64,000 bases of DNA from NCBI GenBank assembly GCA_035530335.1, contig DATKUZ010000028.1:61842-125841 (forward strand). Reading direction: 5' to 3'. Below the pieces are notes generated by a model, which did not search any database, was not told where the DNA came from, and saw only the letters and a program-made list of their open reading frames with translations. A program made the translations under genes and the position numbers. Of the stretch, positions 1 through 11,215 are shown piece after piece; the first letter of the stretch is position 1, and every line of letters begins with the position of its first letter. The DNA is from Sulfuriferula sp. (GTDB lineage: Bacteria > Pseudomonadota > Gammaproteobacteria > Burkholderiales > Sulfuriferulaceae).

Positions 1-1
1 T

Positions 2-610
2 CACCCAAAAATCCACCACCCCGCGCCAGCCAGCACGAACCAGGCTGGATGTTGTTTCATCGGCAACAAGGATAGTCGGCGTGACGTCTGGCTCCAGGGA
101 CTGATTGCCGCCAACGTGCGCCCGATTGTTTACGGCAATTATTTCCTGCGCACACGCCTGTTCTGGCAGCACCCGCTGCTGTTTCGCCCCGCACTCGCCA
201 ACGCAAAAATGGGGGAGGTCTATGCGCGCTACCGTGTCGCGCTCAATCTCCATGCTCAGGTCGTGCGCCATGGCACCAACATGCGCAGTTTCGAGTGTGC
301 GGCTTACGGCATCCCGCAGGTCGTCGATTACCGCGACGGATTCACACGACATTTCGCGGCCGACTCCGAGATACAAATTAGCCATACGCCCGCAGACATG
401 GTGAAACGAATAAACAATCTGCTGTCACATCCAGATACCGCTGTCAGCATGGCGCAGCGCGCACGCAAGCGCGTGCTGGCCGAGCATACTTATTACCACC
501 GCCTGCTCACGATTCTTGCGGACTGGTTGTCGCCATCCGCAAATACTGCCAGCAGGCAACTTGTTACCACGCTAATTGCCCACCAGGAAACCACGCATGA
601 CTTCCTCTGA
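2..610 (+). CDS. Glycosyltransferase, CgeB-like/GT1-like C-terminal domain (5' partial)
   Basis: Frame is open from base 2 to the stop at 610. Motifs FIGNKD..R, ALNLH..V..GTNMRSFE.A.YG and AR.RVLAEHTYYHR are typical of CgeB-type glycosyltransferases. Confidence 0.7.
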   Translation, partial: HPKIHHPAPASTNQAGCCFIGNKDSRRDVWLQGLIAANVRPIVYGNYFLRTRLFWQHPLLFRPALANAKMGEVYARYRVALNLHAQVVRHGTNMRSFECAAYGIPQVVDYRDGFTRHFAADSEIQISHTPADMVKRINNLLSHPDTAVSMAQRARKRVLAEHTYYHRLLTILADWLSPSANTASRQLVTTLIAHQETTHDFL

Positions 611-1871
611 ACCCGTCGTTCTCTCTATCCCCGCTGGATCATTTGCACACACTGTGCGCCAACACGGCTGGTGGCTGATCGCCGCGTTTGTTTTTGCCTC
701 ACCCATGGGCAAAGGCTTCGAGGTGCCGCTGGCGCTGATGACCTTCGGCGGCATTGCACTGATGTTCAAGGATGGACGCACCATCTGGCGACACCCTTCG
801 ATGCGCTGGTTGCTATTGCTGTTCGCCTGCATCTGGCTGCCGCTGGTGACGGCCTTGCCGGATGCAATCACCTTCGAGCCGGCTGCCAGCACGGCACTGG
901 CTTATGTACGCTTTCCGCTGGCCGGGGTCTTTGCGCTGTATGCACTGCGCGACGAAGCCAGTCGCCGCAAGCTGTTTGTGGCCATCACGCTGCTGCTCAG
1001 TTTATGGATTGCCGATGGGCTGCTACAGGCCGCCATCGGCCATGATGTATTCGGCTATCAACCCGCCGGCGGCCGCATCACCGGCCCGTTCGCCAAGCTC
1101 ACCATGGGACTCATTTTGGCGGTGCTGGCACCGGTATATTTTGAAGTCATTCGCCGTTACGCGGCACGCTCACGTGGCTGGTACTGGCTGGCATTGCTGC
1201 CTTATACCGCGGTGATCCTGCTGTCGGGCAGCCGCGCCGCGTGGGGAATGTACGCAGCAGGGATGGTAGGGTTCGCCGTGTATGCCTATTTCACTGCACC
1301 CAGCCGCCATTTGGGCCGGGCAATCCTGATAGTTTTGCTGTGCGCCGCGTCAATCGGAGCACTGATTGCTGTCTCCCCGCCCCTGCAAGACAAGCTGCGT
1401 GTCACAGCCGGTCTGTTCAGCGGCAATTATGAAAAAATGGACGAGGCAACAAGCATCCGCTTGCCGATCTGGAAAACCGGAATAAACATTGTCAAAGATC
1501 ACTGGCTGAACGGTATCGGCGCGCGCGGGTTCCGTTACGTCTATCCGCAATACGCGGCATCGGATGACCCTTTCATGAAGCTCAACCCGACCTCCGGCCC
1601 CACCCATCCGCACCAGATCACACTGGAAATTCTGGTGGAAACCGGTGTGATCGGCCTGCTGGGCTTCGCGGCGTTTCTGGTTCTGATGCTACGCCGCACC
1701 TGGCAGGCGATGCGCGCCGGCAATACCTACGCCGTACCACTGGGACTATCGGTGCTGGTGGCGACCCTGCCGGTTAATGCAGGCATCGCATTTTATGGCA
1801 GCATTTTGTCGGCGCTGGTGTGGTGGCTGGTTGCGTTGTATTGCGCGACGTTGATCCAGCCAGACAATTAA
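597..1871 (+). CDS. O-antigen ligase (WaaL)-family membrane protein
   Basis: Multiple hydrophobic segments, LLSGSRAAW, R..IW..G, GIG..GF and HPHQITLEILVETGVIG (Wzy_C motif). ATG at 597 follows AGGAAA. Confidence 0.8.
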   Translation: MTSSEPVVLSIPAGSFAHTVRQHGWWLIAAFVFASPMGKGFEVPLALMTFGGIALMFKDGRTIWRHPSMRWLLLLFACIWLPLVTALPDAITFEPAASTALAYVRFPLAGVFALYALRDEASRRKLFVAITLLLSLWIADGLLQAAIGHDVFGYQPAGGRITGPFAKLTMGLILAVLAPVYFEVIRRYAARSRGWYWLALLPYTAVILLSGSRAAWGMYAAGMVGFAVYAYFTAPSRHLGRAILIVLLCAASIGALIAVSPPLQDKLRVTAGLFSGNYEKMDEATSIRLPIWKTGINIVKDHWLNGIGARGFRYVYPQYAASDDPFMKLNPTSGPTHPHQITLEILVETGVIGLLGFAAFLVLMLRRTWQAMRAGNTYAVPLGLSVLVATLPVNAGIAFYGSILSALVWWLVALYCATLIQPDN

Positions 1872-2028
1872 AGCCGGAAAAAGCGGTCGAAGCCGCAGAC
1901 AACACAGAGAAAAATGTATTGGCGGCTTTTCAGGAATCACTTGTCAAAAAAACGATTCACCTCAAAGCCTGCGCGACACTCTGTGGCCTTTGTGTTCTCT
2001 GTGCCTAAATGCCGTTTTCAGGTCAAAG

Positions 2029-3828
2029 TCAGATCGCAGCAGCGCCCACCCAATCATGCAGCGCCCCAGCTCGGCCTTCCATAAAACGCTCGTACCACAA
2101 CCCATACTGCAACAAGGCCCAGACAAAGGTGGTTTCATCTCCGCTGCGGGATTGACGGTCAATCAGCCGCGCCAATGGCTCGGCGCGCATCGCCTGGAAC
2201 GCCGCATGACCACGACAGGCCACACCTAGCTGCGTCATACGCTCGCCGCGCAGCCATTCCCCGACCGGCACGGTAAAGCCTTTCTTCTTGCTCCATAGGT
2301 GGTCTTTCGGCAAAAACTGCTCGGCCCAGCGGCGCAGGAACACCTTGCCGGTGCGGCCTTCCACCTTGAGCCGGTCCGGCAGCGCCAGACCGAATTCCAC
2401 CACGCGATGATCGAGGAATGGCACGCGCCCTTCCACGCCATGCGCCATCATCATGCGATCGGCCTTCACCAGCAGGTCGTCGGCGAGCCAGGTGGCAATG
2501 TCGGTGTATTGCATCCGCGCCAGATTGCTCCAGCGCGGGTTGGCTTCGTGCCAGGCCTGTATGAATGGCGCGCGGGCGATGCGTTCCGCGTCACCGCCAT
2601 CGAACAGATCCGCAACAGACGCTGATTTTGCCAACCCGCGGGTGCGGTAACCGCCGCTGCCAGGGTGTTGCAGCGCATGCCACAGTCGTTTGATGCGGGG
2701 CGCGCGGTAGCGCCCGTAGCCTGCAAAGACTTCGTCGCCGCCTTCGCCCGACAGCACCACTTTGACGTCCTCGCTGGCGCGCCGGGCGAGCAGCCAGGTG
2801 GGCAGATTGGCGTAGTCGGCCATCAGTTCGCCGGAGACGGCGATGGTGTCGGGCAACACCGCCAGCAGCTCGCGCTCGCTGAGTGCCAGCTCGGTATGCC
2901 GGGTGTGAAACTGTTCGGCAATGCGGCGCGCCGTGGCGAGTTCGTTATTCACCGCCGCGCCGGGAAACCCCACCGAATAAGTATGCAGCGGCTGGTCGCT
3001 GTAACGGCGGATCAGCGCCACCAGCGTGGAAGAATCCACGCCGCCGGAGAGGAACACGCCAAACGGCACGTCGGCGCGCAAATGCTGCTGCACCACGGTC
3101 GCCATCAGATCGTCGAAACGGCGTGCCGCCTCCGCGTGGGAAATTTCCAGCGGCTCGACATCGCTTAATTGCCAGTAGCGGTTGCGCGAGGCAATGCGGC
3201 CGTCGCGCACTTCCACCAGCTCGCCGGGCAATACTTTTTCGACGCCGGCGACGATGCTGCGCGCACCGCTGATGAAATTGCTCTGGAAATATTGCAGCAG
3301 CGCGTCGGGCTCGATGCGTGCGGGTTCGCCTGCCGGCAACAGCGATTTGATTTCGGAGGCAAACACGACACCCGCACTATCCGCCCTGATGAACAGCGGC
3401 TTGATGCCGAGCCGGTCGCGCGCCAGCAACAGGCGGTCGCGGGTCACGTCATACAGCGCAAAGGCAAACATGCCGAACAGGTGGCGGACAAAATCATCGC
3501 CGTACTCGCGGTAGGCGTGGAGGATGGTTTCGCAGTCGGAGTGCGTGCTGAATACATGGCCGCGCGCTTCCAGCGTGGCGCGCAACTCGATGTGGTTGTA
3601 GATTTCGCCGTTGGCCACCACGCACAGCTGGCGATCCCGGGTATACAGCGGCTGGTTGCCGCCAGCCAGATCGATGATGGACAGCCGGGTGTGCACCAGG
3701 CCCAGCCTGGCGGTCTGGTGATAGCCGGTCGCATCCGGTCCGCGGTGGTGCAGCGCGGCAGCCAATTGCGTGAGCGCGGCTTGCGGCACCGCTGCCGATA
3801 CCGAATAAATGCCCGCAATGCCGCACAT
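2029..3828 (-). CDS. asnB: AsnB-family glutamine amidotransferase (asparagine synthase-like), probably polysaccharide-modifying
   Basis: N-terminal MCGIAG, HRGPD, RLSIID, NGEIYN, LSGGVDSS, SGEGGDEVFAGY, E.RVPFLD. Confidence 0.9.
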   Translation of the reverse strand: MCGIAGIYSVSAAVPQAALTQLAAALHHRGPDATGYHQTARLGLVHTRLSIIDLAGGNQPLYTRDRQLCVVANGEIYNHIELRATLEARGHVFSTHSDCETILHAYREYGDDFVRHLFGMFAFALYDVTRDRLLLARDRLGIKPLFIRADSAGVVFASEIKSLLPAGEPARIEPDALLQYFQSNFISGARSIVAGVEKVLPGELVEVRDGRIASRNRYWQLSDVEPLEISHAEAARRFDDLMATVVQQHLRADVPFGVFLSGGVDSSTLVALIRRYSDQPLHTYSVGFPGAAVNNELATARRIAEQFHTRHTELALSERELLAVLPDTIAVSGELMADYANLPTWLLARRASEDVKVVLSGEGGDEVFAGYGRYRAPRIKRLWHALQHPGSGGYRTRGLAKSASVADLFDGGDAERIARAPFIQAWHEANPRWSNLARMQYTDIATWLADDLLVKADRMMMAHGVEGRVPFLDHRVVEFGLALPDRLKVEGRTGKVFLRRWAEQFLPKDHLWSKKKGFTVPVGEWLRGERMTQLGVACRGHAAFQAMRAEPLARLIDRQSRSGDETTFVWALLQYGLWYERFMEGRAGALHDWVGAAAI

Positions 3829-4904
3829 CAGCGCAACGCCGTCAGCAGGTGTTGATACAGCGCAGTATATTCGCCCACGATTCTGGCCTCCGAAAACTGC
3901 TGCTCCAGCTTATGGCGCGCTTGCACGACCAGCCTGGCGCAAGTGGTTTCCTCCCCGATCAGCGCGCGGATCGCGCCGGCCAAGGCATTCGCATCCGCCA
4001 GCGGGGTGAGCACGCCGTCCACGCCATCCTCGATCAGTTCCTGCGCGCCCTGGCTGCACGTGGACACCACCGCCACGCCCTGTGCCCAGGCTTCCAGGAT
4101 CACGTTGCCCAGCGGCTCATGCCGCGATGGGCAGACGAACACATCAGCGCTGCGATATACCGGCGCGGGGTCGGCCTGCCAGCCCAGCCAGTGTACGCGG
4201 TCACTGATGCCCAGCTGCGCCGCGTGCTGGTGCAGTGCAGCGCGCAACGGGCCGTCGCCCGCAATCGCCAGGTGCAATGGGCGGCCTGCCAGCTGCGCAG
4301 GCAGCAGATGAAAAGCGTCGAGCAAATCCGCCATGCCTTTGTTCGGATGCAAACGCCCTACCGCCGACACGACCCAGGCAGCGTGCGGCAAGCCCAGCGT
4401 GCGGCGGTGTATAGCCTGCTCCGCAATACTGAGCGGCGCGCCCGGTTCGACGAAATTGCCGATATGGAACACCCGTTTCGCAGGCAGTCCATGCTGGACA
4501 AGGTAATCGCAAATGCCGCGCGTATTCCCTACCCAGGCGTGGGCGTGGCGGTAGCCTTTGAGGTCGTAATAACCGCCCAGACGCGCCACGTGCACCGGCT
4601 TTTTCCCGAGCTTGAAATGGGTGAGGCGCGTGGCTCGCCCCATGTAGGTCTGCACGATGTCAGCGCCTTCGGCGCGGGCAGTCATGCCGATTTTCCAGCG
4701 TGAAGCCAAGTCCCACACACTGCGCAGCGGCAGATGCCGCTGTTCTACGCTGGCATTCAGTTCGGCATTGATCGCACTGCCCGGCGGCGTGATGCTGGTG
4801 ACACGCTCGCCACGCTGCGCCAGCGCGTTCACCAGGCGCGCATAGAAACGCTCGGCGCCGCCGGATTGCTTGCTGCCGATAATGTGCAGGGAATGGATGT
4901 TCAT
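3828..4904 (-). CDS. Glycosyltransferase family 4
   Basis: GGAER, VGRLHPNKG, FVCPSRHEPLGNVILEAWA motifs. Confidence 0.9.
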   Translation of the reverse strand: MNIHSLHIIGSKQSGGAERFYARLVNALAQRGERVTSITPPGSAINAELNASVEQRHLPLRSVWDLASRWKIGMTARAEGADIVQTYMGRATRLTHFKLGKKPVHVARLGGYYDLKGYRHAHAWVGNTRGICDYLVQHGLPAKRVFHIGNFVEPGAPLSIAEQAIHRRTLGLPHAAWVVSAVGRLHPNKGMADLLDAFHLLPAQLAGRPLHLAIAGDGPLRAALHQHAAQLGISDRVHWLGWQADPAPVYRSADVFVCPSRHEPLGNVILEAWAQGVAVVSTCSQGAQELIEDGVDGVLTPLADANALAGAIRALIGEETTCARLVVQARHKLEQQFSEARIVGEYTALYQHLLTALR

Positions 4905-5812
4905 GGCGAGTTCAGCAGATCGTTCAATTGTTCGGCTACCCGTGCCACATCGAGCCGGGCAAGGTCGTTGCCCGGCGCAATCAGCCAGCGCGCACGGGCG
5001 CCCCAGGGATGATAGCGCAGCGGATCGCCGGGACCGAATACGGTGAGCGTGGGCGTGCCGACCGCGCTGGCGAGGTGGCCAAGGCCGGAGTCATTCCCCA
5101 CAAACACCGTTGCGCGTTGCAACACGGCAGCGGCCTCCAGCAGACTGCTCTTACCCGTTAGATCGAGGCAGGGCAAGGACAGCGTGCGGACGATGTCTGC
5201 CACGCGTGCGCTGTCGGCGGCGCTACCCAGAAAAATCACGGCGTCGAATTGTCCGGCGCAGTGCTGCGCCAGCTCGGCAAAGTGCCGCGCAGGCCAGATT
5301 TTGCCTTCCCAGTTGGCGCCCGGCCCCAGTGCCAGCCAGCGCTTGCCGGGCAGCACTTGCAGCCAGGCTGCCACGCGGGCATGGATCGCCGGCGCTATCC
5401 ATAACTCAGCCGGCGGTGGCTGGGTGGGGCCCAGCAGCGGCGCAATGGCCATGAAATGCCGCACCACGCTGTGGCGTTCGGGCGGGTGCTGTCTGACTTT
5501 ATGCAAGCGCCGTCTGGCCCGTAGCAGCCAGCCCAGGCCATCGGTGCGCAGGTCCACGATGAGGTCGTAGCGCTTGCGTCGCAGTTGCCTGACAAAGGCC
5601 AGCTTGTCGCGCCAGCGCGCATTTTTGTGCTTGAGGATAATCTCGTCCAGTGCATCGAAGTGTTCGAACAGTGCAGCCGAACGCGCATCGGCAACGATGT
5701 CAAAACGCGCCTGGGGATAGCGTGCGCGCAATGCCGCCAGCACCGGGGTGGTCATGACCGCGTCACCGATGTTGCTCAGGGTGACAAACAGAATGTGGCG
5801 CGGATCAGGCAT
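4901..5812 (-). CDS. GT9 LPS heptosyltransferase-family protein
   Basis: LSNIGDAVMTTP, GNDSGLGHLA.AVGTPT.T.FGP. Start trimmed to MPDPRHIL at 5812. Confidence 0.85.
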   Translation of the reverse strand: MPDPRHILFVTLSNIGDAVMTTPVLAALRARYPQARFDIVADARSAALFEHFDALDEIILKHKNARWRDKLAFVRQLRRKRYDLIVDLRTDGLGWLLRARRRLHKVRQHPPERHSVVRHFMAIAPLLGPTQPPPAELWIAPAIHARVAAWLQVLPGKRWLALGPGANWEGKIWPARHFAELAQHCAGQFDAVIFLGSAADSARVADIVRTLSLPCLDLTGKSSLLEAAAVLQRATVFVGNDSGLGHLASAVGTPTLTVFGPGDPLRYHPWGARARWLIAPGNDLARLDVARVAEQLNDLLNSP

Positions 5813-5896
5813 GGGGAAGCGCCTTAAGGAGCCTGCCGGACCTAAAGGAAATCTGCTGCAAATCCGCCTGGCCGGTGCATATTTCACCGCTTTTTT

Positions 5897-5919
5897 GGTC
5901 AATAGAACGACTATTGACC
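5897..5919. promoter_or_regulatory. Perfect 9-bp inverted repeat GGTCAATAG-N5-CTATTGACC, candidate operator
   Basis: Read directly in the ~200-bp gap between the two GT9 genes. No U-tract follows it on either strand. Confidence 0.45.
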
Positions 5920-6010
5920 TGCAAAACCGGCAAAATCTGCCCTCGCCCAGCCGAATTTTGCGAGCATCCGCTGTGCGGATTGCCTGCGTGAATCTTTTCG
6001 CTGCGATTCT

Positions 6011-7114
6011 TCAAGTCCGACAGGCTCCTAGGATTCTGGCCGGCACCCGGACGATGGCCTGCGCCGGCGGCACTGTGAGCAATGCCAGCACCTGCGCCGG
6101 GTGCACCTCGCGCATGCACGAGTGATGCGCGCAATGCTTGCGATAGCAATTGCTGCACGGCAAGTCGGCCTGAATGGCGATGACCTGGTCGCCCAGCGGT
6201 TTGACGCGGGTAGGATCGGTAGGACCGCAAATCACCACTTGCGGACGTTCGCTGCAGGCAGCCAGATGCGAGGTGCCGGTGTCATTGCCGACGATGTAGC
6301 GGGCGTGCTCAGCCAGCGGAATGATGTCCAGCATTTCGGTGGCGCCGCACAGATTCACTGCCGTCGCGCCAATGCGGCTGGCGATGGTATTGCCCAGTTC
6401 GACTTCATCCGGGCCGCCTGCGATGACAACGTGCCTGACCAGTCCCTCCGCCAGCAGCAAGCGGCCCAACTCGGCGTAGTTTTGCTCTCCCCAGCGTTTC
6501 AGGTAACCGCGCGGATGGCAACCAGGGAACAGCAGCGCGTAGCTTCCATCTGCGATGCCGTGTTGGGTAAGCAGATGTTGCACACGCTCACGGTTGCGTT
6601 CCGGCACCGCCAGCACCGGATGGCTGGTAGTTGCGGGAATGCCTGCCAGCTTCAGCGCGGCGCGCATGCGCAACACCGGGTTGATGTCCAGCGGCAGATC
6701 GTCCGGCCCGATGGTGTATGGCCAGAAGCCATGATTGCCGACACGATGGCGGATACCCTTACCGGTGAGTTGCAACGCGCCAAGCAATAAACGGCTGCGG
6801 TCGCTGGTCTGCAGATCGACCACCAGGTCGTAGCGCCCCGCACGTATGCTGCGCAGCCAGTCCAGCATGGCGCCGAGTTTGCCTGATCGGGCACGCGTAT
6901 CCAGCGCAATGATTTTGGCAAAGCGCGTGTCGGCGGCAAACAGCTTCTGATTAGCCGGCAGAGTATTTAGATGTATCTCGGCATGGGGAAAGGCGCGGCG
7001 GATGTCTTCAAACAATGCGCTGGCCATCACCAGATCGCCGAGTGCACTCCATTTGATGACCAGAATGCGCCGGATGGATGAATCAGCTGGCAGACTGACG
7101 GGCGTCGCCGACAA
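6011..7114 (-). CDS. GT9 LPS heptosyltransferase-family protein
   Basis: KWSALGDLVM, GNDTGTSHLAA, GPTDP, and C-terminal CSNC..KHC..HSCM motif. TTG start. Confidence 0.85.
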   Translation of the reverse strand: MSATPVSLPADSSIRRILVIKWSALGDLVMASALFEDIRRAFPHAEIHLNTLPANQKLFAADTRFAKIIALDTRARSGKLGAMLDWLRSIRAGRYDLVVDLQTSDRSRLLLGALQLTGKGIRHRVGNHGFWPYTIGPDDLPLDINPVLRMRAALKLAGIPATTSHPVLAVPERNRERVQHLLTQHGIADGSYALLFPGCHPRGYLKRWGEQNYAELGRLLLAEGLVRHVVIAGGPDEVELGNTIASRIGATAVNLCGATEMLDIIPLAEHARYIVGNDTGTSHLAACSERPQVVICGPTDPTRVKPLGDQVIAIQADLPCSNCYRKHCAHHSCMREVHPAQVLALLTVPPAQAIVRVPARILGACRT

Positions 7115-7120
7115 CTGACG

Positions 7121-7762
7121 TCAGTCCGCCTTGATGGCCGAGGCGAAGCTGTCCAGCATGGGCCGGATTTCCGCGCGCTTCAACTTGAGCGATGCCTGAT
7201 TGACCACCAGGCGCGAGCTGATGTCCATGATCTCTTCCACAGCCACGAGACCGTTGGCCTTGAGGGTACTGCCGCTGCTCACCAGGTCCACAATCACGTC
7301 GGCGAGCTTGACCAGCGGTGCCAGTTCCATCGAGCCATACAGCTTGATGAGGTCGACATGCATCCCCTTGGCGGCGAAGTATTCGCGTGCTGTCTTGAGG
7401 TACTTGGTGGCCACGCGCAGACGCGCACCCTGATGCACGGCCTGTTCGTAGTCGAAGGCCGGGTGTGCCGCCACCATCATCTTGCAGCGTGCGATGTTCA
7501 GATCCAGCGGCTGGTACATGCCCTCGCCGCCGTGTTCGATCAACACGTCCTTGCCTGCCACACCCATATCTGCCGCGCCATATTGCACGTAGGTGGGCAC
7601 GTCGGTGGCACGGATGATGATGAGGCGCACACCGGGCTGGTTGGTGGCGATAATCAGCTTGCGCGATTTTTCCGGATCCTCGCGCGGGACGATGCCTGCG
7701 GCTTCAAGCAACGGCAGGGTTTCCTGGAAGATGCGGCCTTTGGACAGAGCTATGGTAATCAT
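7121..7762 (-). CDS. hisG: ATP phosphoribosyltransferase, short form
   Basis: [49 protein letters not shown]; 213 aa. Confidence 0.97.
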   Translation of the reverse strand: MITIALSKGRIFQETLPLLEAAGIVPREDPEKSRKLIIATNQPGVRLIIIRATDVPTYVQYGAADMGVAGKDVLIEHGGEGMYQPLDLNIARCKMMVAAHPAFDYEQAVHQGARLRVATKYLKTAREYFAAKGMHVDLIKLYGSMELAPLVKLADVIVDLVSSGSTLKANGLVAVEEIMDISSRLVVNQASLKLKRAEIRPMLDSFASAIKAD

Positions 7763-7774
7763 GGGTACCTCAGG

Positions 7775-9270
<1,496 letters not shown>

Positions 9271-9275
9271 GTATG

Positions 9276-10031
9276 TTAATGCCGGAGTTTGTAGCCGCTT
9301 TTGAGCAGAATCAGTGTGAGTGCGGATAATGCCACAAAGCACACCCCCACGACCAGCAGGCTCAATTGCGGTGCCACGTCGGCGACGCCGAAGAAACCGT
9401 AGCGGAACCCGTCTATCATGTAGAAAACCGGGTTAAAACGCGACACTGCCTGCCAGAACGCGGGCAACGAGTGGATGGAGTAGAACACGCCCGAGAGAAA
9501 CGTCAGCGGCATGATGAGGAAATTCTGAAACGCGGCCAGCTGGTCGAATTTTTCTGCCCAGATGCCGGCGATGATTCCCAGCGTGCCGAGCATGCCCGTG
9601 CCCAAAAACGCAAAAACAATCAGCCACAGCGGATGCAGAATGGTGAGCCGGGTAAACACCAGCGTCACTACAAATACGCCCAGTCCGACCACCACACCAC
9701 GCGCCACCGAGGCGAGCAGATAGGCGGAAAAAAATTCCAGATAGGACAGCGGCGGCAACAGCATGAAGACGATATTGCCGGTAATCTTGGACTGAATCAG
9801 GCTGGACGAACTGTTGGCAAAGGCATTCTGCAGCATCGACATCATTACCAGGCCGGGTACCAGAAACGCAGTGTAGCGAACGCCCAGATAGACCTGCACG
9901 TGCGCTTCCAGCACGTGTGAAAAAATCAGCAGGTAGAGCAGCGCGGTAATCACCGGCGCCAGCACCGTCTGGAACGACACTTTCCAGAAGCGCAGCAGCT
10001 CCTTGTACAGCAGCGTGTAGAAGCCGATCAT
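9276..10031 (-). CDS. ABC-2 type transporter permease (YadH-like)
   Basis: Six TM segments, PGLVMMS..QNAFAN.SSS, PLTFLSGVFYSI, NPVFYMIDGFRYGF. Confidence 0.9.
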   Translation of the reverse strand: MIGFYTLLYKELLRFWKVSFQTVLAPVITALLYLLIFSHVLEAHVQVYLGVRYTAFLVPGLVMMSMLQNAFANSSSSLIQSKITGNIVFMLLPPLSYLEFFSAYLLASVARGVVVGLGVFVVTLVFTRLTILHPLWLIVFAFLGTGMLGTLGIIAGIWAEKFDQLAAFQNFLIMPLTFLSGVFYSIHSLPAFWQAVSRFNPVFYMIDGFRYGFFGVADVAPQLSLLVVGVCFVALSALTLILLKSGYKLRH

Positions 10032-10936
10032 CAGGATGCCCCCATGACCTGGACGAAGACATCTTCCAGATCGGGCTGGGTGAGTTCCATATCCTGAATG
10101 CAGACACCCGCCTCGCGCAACTGGGCCAGCACGCCTTCCATATCTGCGTAATGATCCAGCGCCAGCACATGCAAACCATCAATATGGCTGACCACGCGCG
10201 CGGCCAGTCCGGCAGGCAGGGTGTCGGGCGTAATCCTCAGGCACAGATGGCGCTCGGCAATGCTTTTGAGCAGGTTGGCGGTACTGTCCAGCGCCACGAC
10301 ACGCCCCTGCTTGAGCATGGCGACACGATTGCACAGGGCTTGCGCCTCTTCCAGATAATGCGTGGTGAGGACGATGGTGTGGCCGCCCTCATTGAGCTTG
10401 CGGATGAATGCCCACAGCGACTGACGCAATTCCACGTCCACTCCGGCGGTAGGCTCGTCGAGGATGATCACCGGCGGCTTGTGCACCAGCGCCTGGGCTA
10501 CCAGCACGCGCCGTTTCATGCCGCCGGAGAGGGTACGCATGTTGCGGTCAGCCTTGTCGAGCAGATCGAGATTGGCCATGACCTCGTCGATCCAGTCGTC
10601 GTTGCGGCGCAGGCCAAAATAGCCGGATTGAATGCGCAGCCCTTCGCGCACGGTGAAAAACGGGTCGTACACCAGTTCCTGCGGCACCACGCCGAGCGCC
10701 TTGCGCGTGGCGCGGTAGTCGCGCACCACGTCGTGCCCCATCACTGCCGCGCTGCCGCTGCTGGCGCGGGTGAGTCCGGCGAGTATGCTGATGAGCGTGG
10801 TTTTGCCCGCACCGTTAGGACCCAGCAGTGCAAAAAACTCGCCCTGCTGCACCTCCAGATCAACCCCCTGCAACGCATGCAGGCTGCCGAAATGCTTGTG
10901 CAGATGGCGCACCAGAATGGCAGGCGTGGCGCCCAT
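10031..10936 (-). CDS. ABC transporter ATP-binding protein (YadG-like)
   Basis: Walker A GPNGAGKTT, LSGGMKRR, ILDEPT, H-loop TTHY. Confidence 0.92.
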   Translation of the reverse strand: MGATPAILVRHLHKHFGSLHALQGVDLEVQQGEFFALLGPNGAGKTTLISILAGLTRASSGSAAVMGHDVVRDYRATRKALGVVPQELVYDPFFTVREGLRIQSGYFGLRRNDDWIDEVMANLDLLDKADRNMRTLSGGMKRRVLVAQALVHKPPVIILDEPTAGVDVELRQSLWAFIRKLNEGGHTIVLTTHYLEEAQALCNRVAMLKQGRVVALDSTANLLKSIAERHLCLRITPDTLPAGLAARVVSHIDGLHVLALDHYADMEGVLAQLREAGVCIQDMELTQPDLEDVFVQVMGAS

Positions 10937-11215
10937 TTATTGCGGAAGCAGATCCAGCACGCCATAAAGCGTGGCGAGGCTTTTCAGATTGGCCGGCAGA
11001 TTGATGCAACGCAGTGCAACCCCGGCGCGTTCGGCCTCACGCCGGCATTCAATCATCAGACCAAGCACAGCCGAGTCCATCTCATTCACCTGGTGAAAAT
11101 CGATGATGCGCGCACCCTGCCTGATGGCATCGGTGCAGGTCTTGAGCACGCCGGCGGCGGTAGACATGGTCACCGTCGCACCGACGACGCAGATAGCGTT
11201 TTCGGCTGCAGTCAT
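10937..11215 (-). CDS. mlaB: STAS-domain Mla subunit
   Basis: 92 aa with DF.QV..MDSA.L.L motif and L..LYG. Lies in the mla operon. Confidence 0.8.
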   Translation of the reverse strand: MTAAENAICVVGATVTMSTAAGVLKTCTDAIRQGARIIDFHQVNEMDSAVLGLMIECRREAERAGVALRCINLPANLKSLATLYGVLDLLPQ

